Positions 28,056 through 36,633 of a stretch of 64,000 nucleotides of DNA are shown in pieces. The stretch spans positions 1 through 64,000 of the IMG/VR virus record IMGVR_UViG_3300034096_001618; one strand, written 5' to 3'. How positions within the stretch are numbered: position 1 is the stretch's first letter; every line of letters starts with the position of its first letter. Both the position numbers and the translations under genes were made by a program. The stretch is from a virus. The notes below the pieces were generated by a model, which was not told where the DNA came from, searched no databases, and saw only the letters and a program-made list of their open reading frames with translations.

Positions 28056-28093
28056 AAAAGCGTGTCGTATTAACGACACGCCTTATTTTTTTT
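28056..28093. terminator. bidirectional terminator
   Basis: gcgtgtcgt/acgacacgc stem between convergent genes. Confidence 0.8.
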
Positions 28094-28106
28094 TAAATCA
28101 ATTATA

Positions 28107-28487
28107 TTAGCGGCTGGCGGTTGGACGACTAATCGTTGTACCATTGCTAGCTTGCGTTGATGGAGGAGTTGCAGGACGAGCAGTAGCCTTAGAAGCAACT
28201 GAAGACTTCTTAGCCGCCTTCTTGGTGGCAGTTGCCTTTGCAGCAACCTTTGTTGTCTTAGCAGCTGTTGTGTTGTCAGAAACTTCTACATCGCTGAAGC
28301 CTAGAGCCTTGGCAACATTCCGTGCAGTCCCAAGTACTGCCGAACGGGTAGGGAACTGTGTGCTGTTGTCAGCACGACGACGAAGCTTGGTTGGCACCAA
28401 ATTAGCGGAAATGGTAACAGTGCCTTCAAAGATTTCGCCATCGGCGGTCTTGCGGCTAACTAGGCGGACAGGTAGGGTATTGCTCAT
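28107..28487 (-). CDS. basic early protein with H1-like K/A/T tail
   Basis: Strong sigma70 promoter upstream; higher GC than flanks; AAKK tail. Confidence 0.75.
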   Translation of the reverse strand: MSNTLPVRLVSRKTADGEIFEGTVTISANLVPTKLRRRADNSTQFPTRSAVLGTARNVAKALGFSDVEVSDNTTAAKTTKVAAKATATKKAAKKSSVASKATARPATPPSTQASNGTTISRPTASR

Positions 28488-28565
28488 AAGAAACTTTTCC
28501 TTTCATTACCGTCAACTAATGACGGTTTACAAGTTGCGGCACAATCAATCGATGCGCCGATATAA

Positions 28566-28594
28566 ATTATAAAAATAAGTAAGTAAAAAGTCAA
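28566..28594 (-). promoter_or_regulatory. near-consensus sigma70 promoter
   Basis: TTGACT-17 nt-TATAAT on the minus strand. Confidence 0.75.
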
Positions 28595-29277
28595 GAATAT
28601 TTCTTACATTCCATGTTAATAAAACTAAAATTTTTCAATTTTTCCGTAGAAATCTTGAAATCACCATCAAAACAATCATTGAATGTAGGGTCAAGTATCA
28701 TCTTACCATTAGGAATTTCTTTGATTTTGTAAAATTTATCAATACACTTTTTATATTTTGAAATAAATTTACCAACATTTAATGACTTTACATTTTTTTC
28801 TAAATCAAATACAGACAAAATTTCTACAACTGTTTTTTTAATTTCAGAAAAATTAATTTTATTGCCATCAACTCCAATTCGATTGAAATCAATAAACCAA
28901 AGCATTGTTTGCTCATCGTAAACAAACAAAGGATTTTTCAACCCAACAAATTTATGTTTTTCAATATAATCAATAATATCATGAAACCACATCTTTGAAC
29001 CATAATTACTCAAATAATTTTGATAATAATACCAAGCAATTATTGTCTTGAAAGTTAAAATCAAAATATTATTCTTTTTTCGTCTTTGAAAATTATTACG
29101 CAAACAAAATTCACAAAAATGAACATCATCTCCACTTAATTTTTTGCAAATATTATAGTTTTGATCTTCATTTGAACATTTTTTAAAACAAAATTCACAA
29201 AAATGAATAAATATTTCAGATAACTCTCCTGAAGATGGACTCGACAGGCTTTGTATCTGAATTTTATTTACATTCAT
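28591..29277 (-). CDS. zinc-finger hypothetical protein
   Basis: CEFC twice; start uncertain. Confidence 0.6.
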   Translation of the reverse strand: MNVNKIQIQSLSSPSSGELSEIFIHFCEFCFKKCSNEDQNYNICKKLSGDDVHFCEFCLRNNFQRRKKNNILILTFKTIIAWYYYQNYLSNYGSKMWFHDIIDYIEKHKFVGLKNPLFVYDEQTMLWFIDFNRIGVDGNKINFSEIKKTVVEILSVFDLEKNVKSLNVGKFISKYKKCIDKFYKIKEIPNGKMILDPTFNDCFDGDFKISTEKLKNFSFINMECKKYS

Positions 29278-29361
29278 ATTTTGCTGTTTCTTAATTAAAT
29301 TATACGGAACTGCATAGATAATACTAAGTGAGTCAGACCAACTCAAGTACAAGAGGAAATT

Positions 29362-29580
29362 ATGAATACATTTGTGAAATGGGCAGAAAAAACCAAGAAG
29401 GAGCTTCCAATTTACAGAACCGAAGAAGCTGGATCACAGAGAAGAGCAGGAATTGCATATTGGGCGTATCCTGATGCTTATGTTCGCAATCAATATCCAG
29501 ACGCATATTTCACTCCTTATGCTGCTGATGCACTATTTAAATTGGGTTATGGTAAGGGCGGACCAAAGGCAGGAAAATAA
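29362..29580 (+). CDS. CTS-bearing aromatic micro-protein A
   Basis: MNTFVKWAE; GIAYWAYPDAY...YPDAYF core; SD gagga. Confidence 0.8.
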   Translation: MNTFVKWAEKTKKELPIYRTEEAGSQRRAGIAYWAYPDAYVRNQYPDAYFTPYAADALFKLGYGKGGPKAGK

Positions 29581-29582
29581 TA

Positions 29583-29813
29583 ATGAAAAGCTTTATTCAA
29601 TGGGCTGGTGACAATAAGGCAGAATTACCAGTTTATAAACAAGATGAAGGTGGCAGTATCGTAAGGAACGGTATTGCCTATTGGGCTTATCCTGATGGAT
29701 ACATAAGAAGCCATTATCCTGACGCATACTTTATGAGTCGTGCTGCTGATGCACTATGGAAGATGTCACCCGGACCTCCTATTACAAAGCACAAGCATCA
29801 TGTTAGTCACTAA
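29583..29813 (+). CDS. CTS-bearing aromatic micro-protein B (paralog of A)
   Basis: MKSFIQWA; GIAYWAYPDGY...YPDAYF core. Confidence 0.8.
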   Translation: MKSFIQWAGDNKAELPVYKQDEGGSIVRNGIAYWAYPDGYIRSHYPDAYFMSRAADALWKMSPGPPITKHKHHVSH

Positions 29814-29896
29814 ACTCCACCTGATTATGCACTTGGGACTAATGGCGAACTAGAGTATGAAAAGGGAAAAGACTACGAGACAGATTGAAAAATTAA

Positions 29897-29946
29897 TTTT
29901 TCTAGTTCAAGTCGATATCAACAAAGACTTGAACTAGAAATTTTTA
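29897..29946. terminator. bidirectional terminator
   Basis: tttctagttcaagtc/gacttgaactagaaa inverted repeat. Confidence 0.8.
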
Positions 29947-29948
29947 TA

Positions 29949-30269
29949 TCATTTCGCTTTTTTGACTCTATTTTTATGATCTTCTTCGTTTATGCTTTGA
30001 ACATCGTTTGGAACCATTTGCGGCACTCTTTCCCAATAAGCCCATTGATCTTCATTTTGAGGATTCTGGAAAATCATACCTTTTTTCCAGTACTTATTGA
30101 GCAGTTCTTCAACTCTTTCTTTTGAAAGTCCTGATTCTTTAGCAATTGCAGCTACACTTCGCCATTGCCATTTAGGATTACGGCCAAGAGCAATAAAAAA
30201 TTCTTGTTCTTCATCGCCAGCTTTACATCCTTGTGGATAGACATCCGTCCATTTTGGAAGTTTTTTCAT
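29949..30269 (-). CDS. helix-turn-helix DNA-binding protein
   Basis: WRSVAAIAKESGLSKERVEELL winged-HTH pattern. Confidence 0.7.
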   Translation of the reverse strand: MKKLPKWTDVYPQGCKAGDEEQEFFIALGRNPKWQWRSVAAIAKESGLSKERVEELLNKYWKKGMIFQNPQNEDQWAYWERVPQMVPNDVQSINEEDHKNRVKKAK

Positions 30270-30365
30270 AAGTTCTCCTAAAAAACTATAAGTACAACAT
30301 ACTATAATATCAAGAAGTTTAGATAAATTCTAAATTTTCTAAACATAGCACGAACCGAGGAAAAA

Positions 30366-30854
30366 ATGAAATATGCACCAAGAGCCAATCGATACGAACG
30401 CCGTCAGATGCACGCAGCTAAACTTGCTAGCGACATGGGCGGAACTGGTATTTACGTTTTTGAAAATAACACCGATGGCGACCTGAAGCTTCCTAAAGCA
30501 ACAGTAGGGGGACTCAAAACAATAGGTCCAAGGAAAAGATTTCAAGGTGACAGTTATTTTCTTAAATGGGTTGGGTCACCGATGAATCTTTTACGTTTAA
30601 TTGAGGAAATTAAACCTAAAATGACCACCCAAGAAATTGCAGATAAAATTTCTCAAGAACAAGGAACAGTCATGACGGAACAGAAACTTATTCTCGATCA
30701 GCCCGATACCATTACAAATAAAGGCAAAATAGAACATGTGGTTGCTAATGATCAGCCACTACAGTCTCTTAATGATGCTTGTGCAGCAAAACCAAACAAA
30801 GACATTTTGATCAGCGAAAATCCTCTTGATGGCATCGCTATCATTAAAGGATAA
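30366..30854 (+). CDS. hypothetical protein
   Basis: SD gagga; own terminator. Confidence 0.75.
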   Translation: MKYAPRANRYERRQMHAAKLASDMGGTGIYVFENNTDGDLKLPKATVGGLKTIGPRKRFQGDSYFLKWVGSPMNLLRLIEEIKPKMTTQEIADKISQEQGTVMTEQKLILDQPDTITNKGKIEHVVANDQPLQSLNDACAAKPNKDILISENPLDGIAIIKG

Positions 30855-30871
30855 AATTTATTGTAAGAACA

Positions 30872-30911
30872 AATAATCCTAGTTGAATTTTAGCTTAACT
30901 AGGATTATTTA
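30872..30911. terminator. bidirectional terminator
   Basis: aaataatcctagtt/aactaggattattt. Confidence 0.8.
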
Positions 30912-30923
30912 ATTTTATAAAAA

Positions 30924-31517
30924 TCAACGCTTTGGCCCACGTTTAAGAGGTACGGGCTTAAGCTTATCCTGATGCTTATCAGGCTGAGATTTTAGATTAT
31001 GCATAATATTGATCAATTCTTTTGATATTTCAGATGCAGAATTTCCATTACATTTTTCTGATTTAACAATTGAAATTGTGCCTCTGTCTCTATTGTAATT
31101 GCCCTTGCTCAATACAAAGCATTTATGTCCTGCGTGCCAAGTGATGCAGCCGACCCATTCTCCATTATCCCAATTTCTCGATGAAACCAATAACCTTAAA
31201 GGTGTTTCTGTATAAACATGTTTCGTGTGATAACCAGCATTTTTAAGAGCAGCACTAACATAACCCAAACAAATTTTAGCAAAACCATCAAGCGCCTCAT
31301 CGCTGTTTGTTCTATAATTTACTTCAATAGAATATCTTGATCTTTCAGATGCTTCGGTCAAATTTTGCTGCTTGTGTTCTCTAAATGTCTTCATGTTTCC
31401 ACATAAAGTGGCACCAAAATATTCAAGACAAACATCGAGAAATTCAGCCTTGCTCAAAGAAACAAGTTGAGTTCCATCTAAATTTTGTTGTCTGCGCCAA
31501 TCATCAAATTTTTTCAT
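30924..31517 (-). CDS. CTS-bearing hypothetical protein
   Basis: MKKFDDW N-terminus and an internal second CTS-like MKTFREH...LTE. Confidence 0.7.
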   Translation of the reverse strand: MKKFDDWRRQQNLDGTQLVSLSKAEFLDVCLEYFGATLCGNMKTFREHKQQNLTEASERSRYSIEVNYRTNSDEALDGFAKICLGYVSAALKNAGYHTKHVYTETPLRLLVSSRNWDNGEWVGCITWHAGHKCFVLSKGNYNRDRGTISIVKSEKCNGNSASEISKELINIMHNLKSQPDKHQDKLKPVPLKRGPKR

Positions 31518-31540
31518 GTGACCTCATGCTTATATAGTAC

Positions 31541-32188
31541 ATGATACGACTAGATTTCTCAAAATGGCTAATGGCATTAGAATCTTCTACAGTTGGAACA
31601 GAAGAAGTTAATGCTCAACAAGTAATTAGTATTTATAATAGAGTTAAAGATAGTATAGAAATTGTTAGAATGTATGATCAAACACTTCCAGATGATAGAA
31701 AATTATTGAAAAATATATCAACAATTGTAAATTTATCTTCTGGCGCAGCATTTGGTATGTTTATAAACACTGATAATAACAATGTTATTGGTCAAGATGT
31801 TATGCAAAAAATTCAGTCCATTTATCCTAACGACCCAATTATTGGCAAAAAGGTGCAGAAGCTGTCTAGAAAAGAAATTTTGGATCATTTGCCAGAAGAC
31901 TTAAAAAAACAAATAGATCCACGCAAAATTCAGCCAAGCGATGTCATTAAAATAAATGTACGAGGACATCTTCAGAAATATGGCGACAGTCCAGCAGCTA
32001 TAATAGAAATTGCTAGCACTATTGTTCATGAGTCAACACATGTTATAGAATATGTTGAAAAAGGTGAAACATTTGATGGCCCCGGAACTATGGTTGAAAA
32101 AGCTGAAGATGCTTTTAAATCATGGGCTAAACAAAACTGGCCAATCATTTCCAAAAAATTTAATTTACAAGGATCATTCCCTTTTTAA
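31541..32188 (+). CDS. CTS-bearing HEXXH zinc metalloprotease-like protein
   Basis: ASTIVHESTH plus downstream E..AE; LDFSKWLMALE. Confidence 0.72.
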   Translation: MIRLDFSKWLMALESSTVGTEEVNAQQVISIYNRVKDSIEIVRMYDQTLPDDRKLLKNISTIVNLSSGAAFGMFINTDNNNVIGQDVMQKIQSIYPNDPIIGKKVQKLSRKEILDHLPEDLKKQIDPRKIQPSDVIKINVRGHLQKYGDSPAAIIEIASTIVHESTHVIEYVEKGETFDGPGTMVEKAEDAFKSWAKQNWPIISKKFNLQGSFPF

Positions 32189-32230
32189 TTTTCACTTTAC
32201 AAGAAACATTTTCCAATATACTTTGAAAGT

Positions 32231-32818
32231 ATGAAAAACACAAATTTTGAAGCTTGGCGTGCTCGTCTCAACTGGTTCAAAGACGAGTTCCCTTTTGGCC
32301 CAATTCAACGCTTCAGGAATGAAGACGGACGGCTACATCGTGATGATGGGCCAGCACTCATTAGCCCAACTCGTATCACATACTACCAGAACGGTAGGAA
32401 ACACGGAATTGATGCCGATAAATTCGGCTCGATCAACTTTTATTACGAAAACATCAGGATTCCACCTCATTTTCATCACAAGCCTGAAAGCTTGACTATT
32501 GATGAGGTTTTTTCTCATAGCAATGCCGAAGTTCGGTATGTGGGAATGAAAATAATTGGTTTTGATAAGGTCATGGAAGACTCAAGAACCAAAATCATTG
32601 ATCAGTGCGATGACACAGGAATGGTTCTTTTCCAAATCAGTGGTATTTTTGATGAACCAATAAGTTATCTTAAAGTTATAAATAGCACACAGGAACCAGA
32701 CGGTAGTTATAAAAATTACTATCTATGCATTCCTCCTGAAGCAAAAAAATGCAAAGAAGCTGTTGCATGGACATTCGGAATGAGTGCAGATGAATATCAG
32801 CCAGAACAAGAAACTTAA
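32231..32818 (+). CDS. DUF6745-like protein
   Basis: GRLHRDDGPA, NAEVR, V.NST.EPDG..K.Y.L..P, AVAWTFG. Confidence 0.8.
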   Translation: MKNTNFEAWRARLNWFKDEFPFGPIQRFRNEDGRLHRDDGPALISPTRITYYQNGRKHGIDADKFGSINFYYENIRIPPHFHHKPESLTIDEVFSHSNAEVRYVGMKIIGFDKVMEDSRTKIIDQCDDTGMVLFQISGIFDEPISYLKVINSTQEPDGSYKNYYLCIPPEAKKCKEAVAWTFGMSADEYQPEQET

Positions 32819-32848
32819 GATATTTGAATATATATCGCAAGGAGAATC

Positions 32849-33613
32849 ATGAAAAAATTAAACGAAATGAGATATTTGGCTGGAATACTTGATCAAAACC
32901 ATTATTATGGCGAAAGCTATGATAAGGCATCAATTAAAAAAATTACTCGTAGAATTAACAGAATTATTGAAAATATTGACAATGCAATAGAAGATGCAGC
33001 AAAATCAAAAGATCCTATTGATGATTCAAAGGAAACATCTTCTGCTGAGAGTTTTTTTCAAAAACTAAAAAAAGGAATCGGAACTCCAGATAAAAATAAT
33101 CTTAGTGGCGAATCACCAAGTGGAATCGAAAGAAAAGCAGACGCAGTTAGAAGCAAACTGGCTGAATTCAAAATAAAATTTGAACAAGCTAATCCAAAAG
33201 TTGCTAATCAATTGGAAGAAGAAGCATCAAAAGATGCTAGTATGCTAAAAGGAGAGCTTCCCGTCAAAGCAGAAAGCATTCTAGGAGTGCTTGGCAAAGG
33301 CGCTGCAATGATTGGGGGAACTATATTATGGGCAGCATGGAAAACAATTAAATTTGTATTGTTTCAAACAGTAAGATTAATCATAAGAATTGGTAGATCA
33401 CTTACCTCAGAAAAAGATCCTAAGAAGGTTTTAGGCTGGAACGTAGAAGGATTACCAAGCATGGCAACAGCTTGCTTTGCACTATTGTTTCCTTTCCTAA
33501 GTTTCTTCGCCTATGGAACTGGCCATATTGCACTTGGCGGTGGACTTCTCATTCCTTCTGGAATTTATTACGTTTATCTTATACTTACACAATTGTTGGA
33601 TTCTAAATATTAA
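32849..33613 (+). CDS. membrane protein with MR.LAGI motif (paralog 1)
   Basis: MRYLAGI; C-terminal TM helices; TATATA upstream. Confidence 0.7.
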   Translation: MKKLNEMRYLAGILDQNHYYGESYDKASIKKITRRINRIIENIDNAIEDAAKSKDPIDDSKETSSAESFFQKLKKGIGTPDKNNLSGESPSGIERKADAVRSKLAEFKIKFEQANPKVANQLEEEASKDASMLKGELPVKAESILGVLGKGAAMIGGTILWAAWKTIKFVLFQTVRLIIRIGRSLTSEKDPKKVLGWNVEGLPSMATACFALLFPFLSFFAYGTGHIALGGGLLIPSGIYYVYLILTQLLDSKY

Positions 33614-33623
33614 TTTGAAAAAC

Positions 33624-33661
33624 TTTTTCCTCGATTTTCTTTTAGTTAATCGAGGCAAAAA
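33624..33661. terminator. bidirectional terminator
   Basis: cctcgatt/aatcgagg stem. Confidence 0.6.
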
Positions 33662-33688
33662 TTTTTAATTTATATGAAGCGCAATTGA

Positions 33689-34543
33689 CTAAGTTTCAGG
33701 GCGAAGGAATGGCTGTCCTGAAACCTGTTCATAGATAGATTTAAGAACCTGAACAATATAGAAAAGACCAGTTGCAATTAATAACTCTGATCCTGTTGAT
33801 CCGTAAATAACACCCAAAGGGATAATAACAGCAATCATTAAGTTAATCATGAATTTTATTCCCTTCCCTTCTGGCGTGAACATTTGACGCATCGTATTAA
33901 GAACAGTTCTGATTGCAACACTCAAAACGTCAATAAGAATAAATTTAATTAGTTTGAAAACTGCCATCTTTGCAAAACTTCCGATTGCCCCGATGACTGA
34001 TTCGCCAAGTCGTGGATCTCTGTCAGTCATTAAGACTTTATCAAGGAAATTTGGCTCAGTACGGGAACTAGTATAATCATTTTTTGCAATTTGGGGGTCT
34101 CTATCAAGCATCAAGGCTTTTTCCCAAAAACTTGGCACATAAGCTTTGGCATCCATTCTTGCCATTCTTTTAATAAATTCTGCTTCTCTTTTATTGTCGG
34201 CTTCCCAATCATAAGCTTCTTCTAAAACCTTATTGACTTTATTGTTTATTTGATCTTCTCCCTTTTTGAAATATTCTGATACAGATTGCTTTATTGAGTT
34301 AATTCTATTTTTAAACCAACCAATAACACCAATAGCTTCTTTTTTTTCTTCAGGAGTAACTGATTCATCTTGTTCTATCAACCTAAGCCATTTATTTGAA
34401 TTTTTTGCTACAGATTCTTCAAAAAGGAACGCAATTTTTTCAATAACTTCTCTTTCCCCATTCAGTTCATGTACGATATATTCTTCTTCGTTGATGACGC
34501 CAGCAAGATAAAGAGAATAATTTTTATTTTTTTTACCTAACAT
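33689..34543 (-). CDS. membrane protein with YLAGV motif (paralog 2)
   Basis: YLAGVINEE; ES.IG.IG...M...IKF; C-terminal TM helices. Confidence 0.7.
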   Translation of the reverse strand: MLGKKNKNYSLYLAGVINEEEYIVHELNGEREVIEKIAFLFEESVAKNSNKWLRLIEQDESVTPEEKKEAIGVIGWFKNRINSIKQSVSEYFKKGEDQINNKVNKVLEEAYDWEADNKREAEFIKRMARMDAKAYVPSFWEKALMLDRDPQIAKNDYTSSRTEPNFLDKVLMTDRDPRLGESVIGAIGSFAKMAVFKLIKFILIDVLSVAIRTVLNTMRQMFTPEGKGIKFMINLMIAVIIPLGVIYGSTGSELLIATGLFYIVQVLKSIYEQVSGQPFLRPET

Positions 34544-34577
34544 GAAAACCTCACTTATAGGAAACCAACATATCTAC

Positions 34578-34606
34578 TTTACATTCATCAATTTTTAGTA
34601 TACCAT
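34578..34606 (+). promoter_or_regulatory. sigma70-type promoter
   Basis: TTTACA-17 nt-TACCAT. Confidence 0.45.
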
Positions 34607-34631
34607 AATTTTGTCCAAGTAATCTGTCTCC

Positions 34632-34658
34632 AAGTGACAGAAGTGACAGAACTGACAG
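34632..34658 (+). repeat. three tandem 9-mers AA(G/C)TGACAG in the 5' leader
   Basis: aagtgacag aagtgacag aactgacag. Confidence 0.8.
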
Positions 34659-34673
34659 GAAACGGAGAAACTC

Positions 34674-34994
34674 ATGCAGGCAAGACAAGGTGACATTTTT
34701 TTCAAGTCGGTAAAAGACATCCCATCCAAGACTAAACCACATGAAACCAATATCCTAGCCTACGGCGAGGTTACTGGTCATAGCCACAAAATTTCTTCTC
34801 CATCAATTAGCGAGATGGAATCTGTAGTAGACGAAAAGGGCGACATCTATGTCCGCTCACTAAAATGTGATGTTACTATCACTCACGATGAACATAATTC
34901 CATCACACTCCCAATGGGAGAATGGATCTGTATTTCCCGCCAAAAGGAATATGATCCCCTTTCGGCAAATCGTGAACGTCAAGTGGCCGATTAA
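34674..34994 (+). CDS. RQGD/His-rich small protein, usual partner of DUF6745
   Basis: RQGDI, LAYGEVTGHSH, H.EH..I.LP.G, RQ.EY. Confidence 0.8.
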   Translation: MQARQGDIFFKSVKDIPSKTKPHETNILAYGEVTGHSHKISSPSISEMESVVDEKGDIYVRSLKCDVTITHDEHNSITLPMGEWICISRQKEYDPLSANRERQVAD

Positions 34995-35027
34995 TCAATA
35001 GTTATCACCATAAAGGAAGGATCTATC

Positions 35028-35342
35028 ATGGCTGTTAAGCGAAGCTTTGCCCGTGTCTCGCCAGAAAAGTCTACAGGCAGCAATATGGCTGCAATTATGC
35101 AAGAGTACATTGGACAGCCTGTGGCTATTCTCTGCGCTCGTTTTAATTATCGGGGAATCCTGAGTAAGGTGACAGATGATTGTGTCATCCTAGCCCAAGC
35201 TAGGGCCGTAGAAAGCAGCGGCGCTAGCAACAGCGAAAAACCAAACTCAGAAGATCCAATCGGAAGCTCAGTTATCATCAGCTTAAATGCTGTAGAACTA
35301 ATTTATCAGCCTGAATGGTGTCGGTTTGAAATGGATAATTAA
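35028..35342 (+). CDS. small Sm/SH3-like beta-barrel protein
   Basis: IGQPV.ILCAR..YRG.L..V.DDCVIL..A pattern; SD aagga. Confidence 0.6.
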   Translation: MAVKRSFARVSPEKSTGSNMAAIMQEYIGQPVAILCARFNYRGILSKVTDDCVILAQARAVESSGASNSEKPNSEDPIGSSVIISLNAVELIYQPEWCRFEMDN

Positions 35343-35374
35343 TGCATCAAATAGGCTGTTAAACAAACAATCAT

Positions 35375-35407
35375 TCACCACTCGCAATAAATGTGAGTGG
35401 TTTTTTT
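35375..35407 (+). terminator. intrinsic terminator
   Basis: accactcgca/tgtgagtggt plus T-tract. Confidence 0.75.
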
Positions 35408-35430
35408 GTTGATTTAATCTATAATTAAAG

Positions 35431-35604
35431 GTGATCAATTCAGTTGCTATTTCTAATTGTTGGTTTATGCAATGTAACATTTGTCAAAACATTTCTTTCT
35501 GTTGGGAGCTAAATTGGAGTGTTTCGATGATTGGCAAAGATGATTGGAAAAGAAATAGTTTTATGAGTAGTTGTTTCAAAGGCGATAAATGTTATTTCAA
35601 ATAA
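35431..35604 (+). CDS. small W/C/S-rich ORF (57 aa)
   Basis: GTG 5 nt after TATAAT; open for 57 codons. Confidence 0.35.
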   Translation: MINSVAISNCWFMQCNICQNISFCWELNWSVSMIGKDDWKRNSFMSSCFKGDKCYFK

Positions 35605-35792
35605 TCATGAAAAAGAAATATTTCAATAAAAATTGGCCAAACACTTGGTGTCACAGTAGATCATTTTCTTTTGATGCTAATTTATCTTCTGCTATATTAG
35701 TTCGATACTCAGGAAACTTTAAGTGGGATGATGTCAGGAGCAGTGATTGGAGTATGTTGTGGTCTAGCTCAGAATGTTGGCAGAGTCATTAA
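35589..35792 (+). CDS. small W/S-rich ORF
   Basis: ORF track; W/S-rich C-terminus. Confidence 0.35.
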   Translation: MLFQIIMKKKYFNKNWPNTWCHSRSFSFDANLSSAILVRYSGNFKWDDVRSSDWSMLWSSSECWQSH

Positions 35793-36519
35793 TTTCCCAC
35801 CATAATTTATTTATTTCTGTGTCTTCACGTTTTTTCCAAGGCTTCTCAAGAGTATAGTGGATGACACAAATTTCGTTCCTTAGTTCTCTCCACTTAATTG
35901 GAGCGACATCAAAAACTCTGCGTGTGAAATTATAGATTGGTTTTAGTCTAAACCATTTTTTAAAAAAATAATGGTTTAGAAGGCCTTGGTCTGATGGATC
36001 TTTCGGTGTTTCAATTATATCTTTCATTTTGACAAGTTCTTCAAATATTTTCTTATCAGGCTTGAGAATCATCACGCCTGAATTAAAATAATCCCCTCTC
36101 CATCCTGCTCTGGTTGGTTTTCTGGTTTTTGCATCTAAAATAGTTTGAAAGCTTGCGCCTGCTGCAAAATCTGCTTCTATTTCAAAAAGATGATCGATGT
36201 TTTTAATTACTACGGTATCTGCATCAAAATAAATTATTTTATCAAAATCTTGGTTCCACAGATGAATTTTGTTGTAACAATTATTGGCAAAGTTTGGATT
36301 TTCTCTATAAGGTTGTGGCTTACAGGTTTTTGATCCAAGATATTCTGTGTCGATTATATTACAACCAACAAGCTGAAGCTTTTTTTTGTTTTCTTCAGTA
36401 ATGTTAATGCTGATTACATGAAATGGATATTGTGTTATTTTTTTCAATGACTTTGCAAGGCAGTATACTCCGGGCGTAAAGTCATCACTCGCAACAGTAA
36501 AGTATGCAAATTTCTTCAT
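35764..36519 (-). CDS. GT8 glycogenin-like glycosyltransferase
   Basis: K..LW, YFDADT, NIDHLF, FNSGV, DQGLLN, YN, IHY...KPW. Confidence 0.92.
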   Translation of the reverse strand: MKKFAYFTVASDDFTPGVYCLAKSLKKITQYPFHVISINITEENKKKLQLVGCNIIDTEYLGSKTCKPQPYRENPNFANNCYNKIHLWNQDFDKIIYFDADTVVIKNIDHLFEIEADFAAGASFQTILDAKTRKPTRAGWRGDYFNSGVMILKPDKKIFEELVKMKDIIETPKDPSDQGLLNHYFFKKWFRLKPIYNFTRRVFDVAPIKWRELRNEICVIHYTLEKPWKKREDTEINKLWWEINDSANILS

Positions 36520-36633
36520 ACTGAATTATATCATTATTTTTCAAAGAAAATGATTGTTTATGAAAACATTTAAAAGAACTATCATTTCTCATAATTCAAC
36601 ATGAGTCTAATAAGAGATAATTTTTTTAAATGA

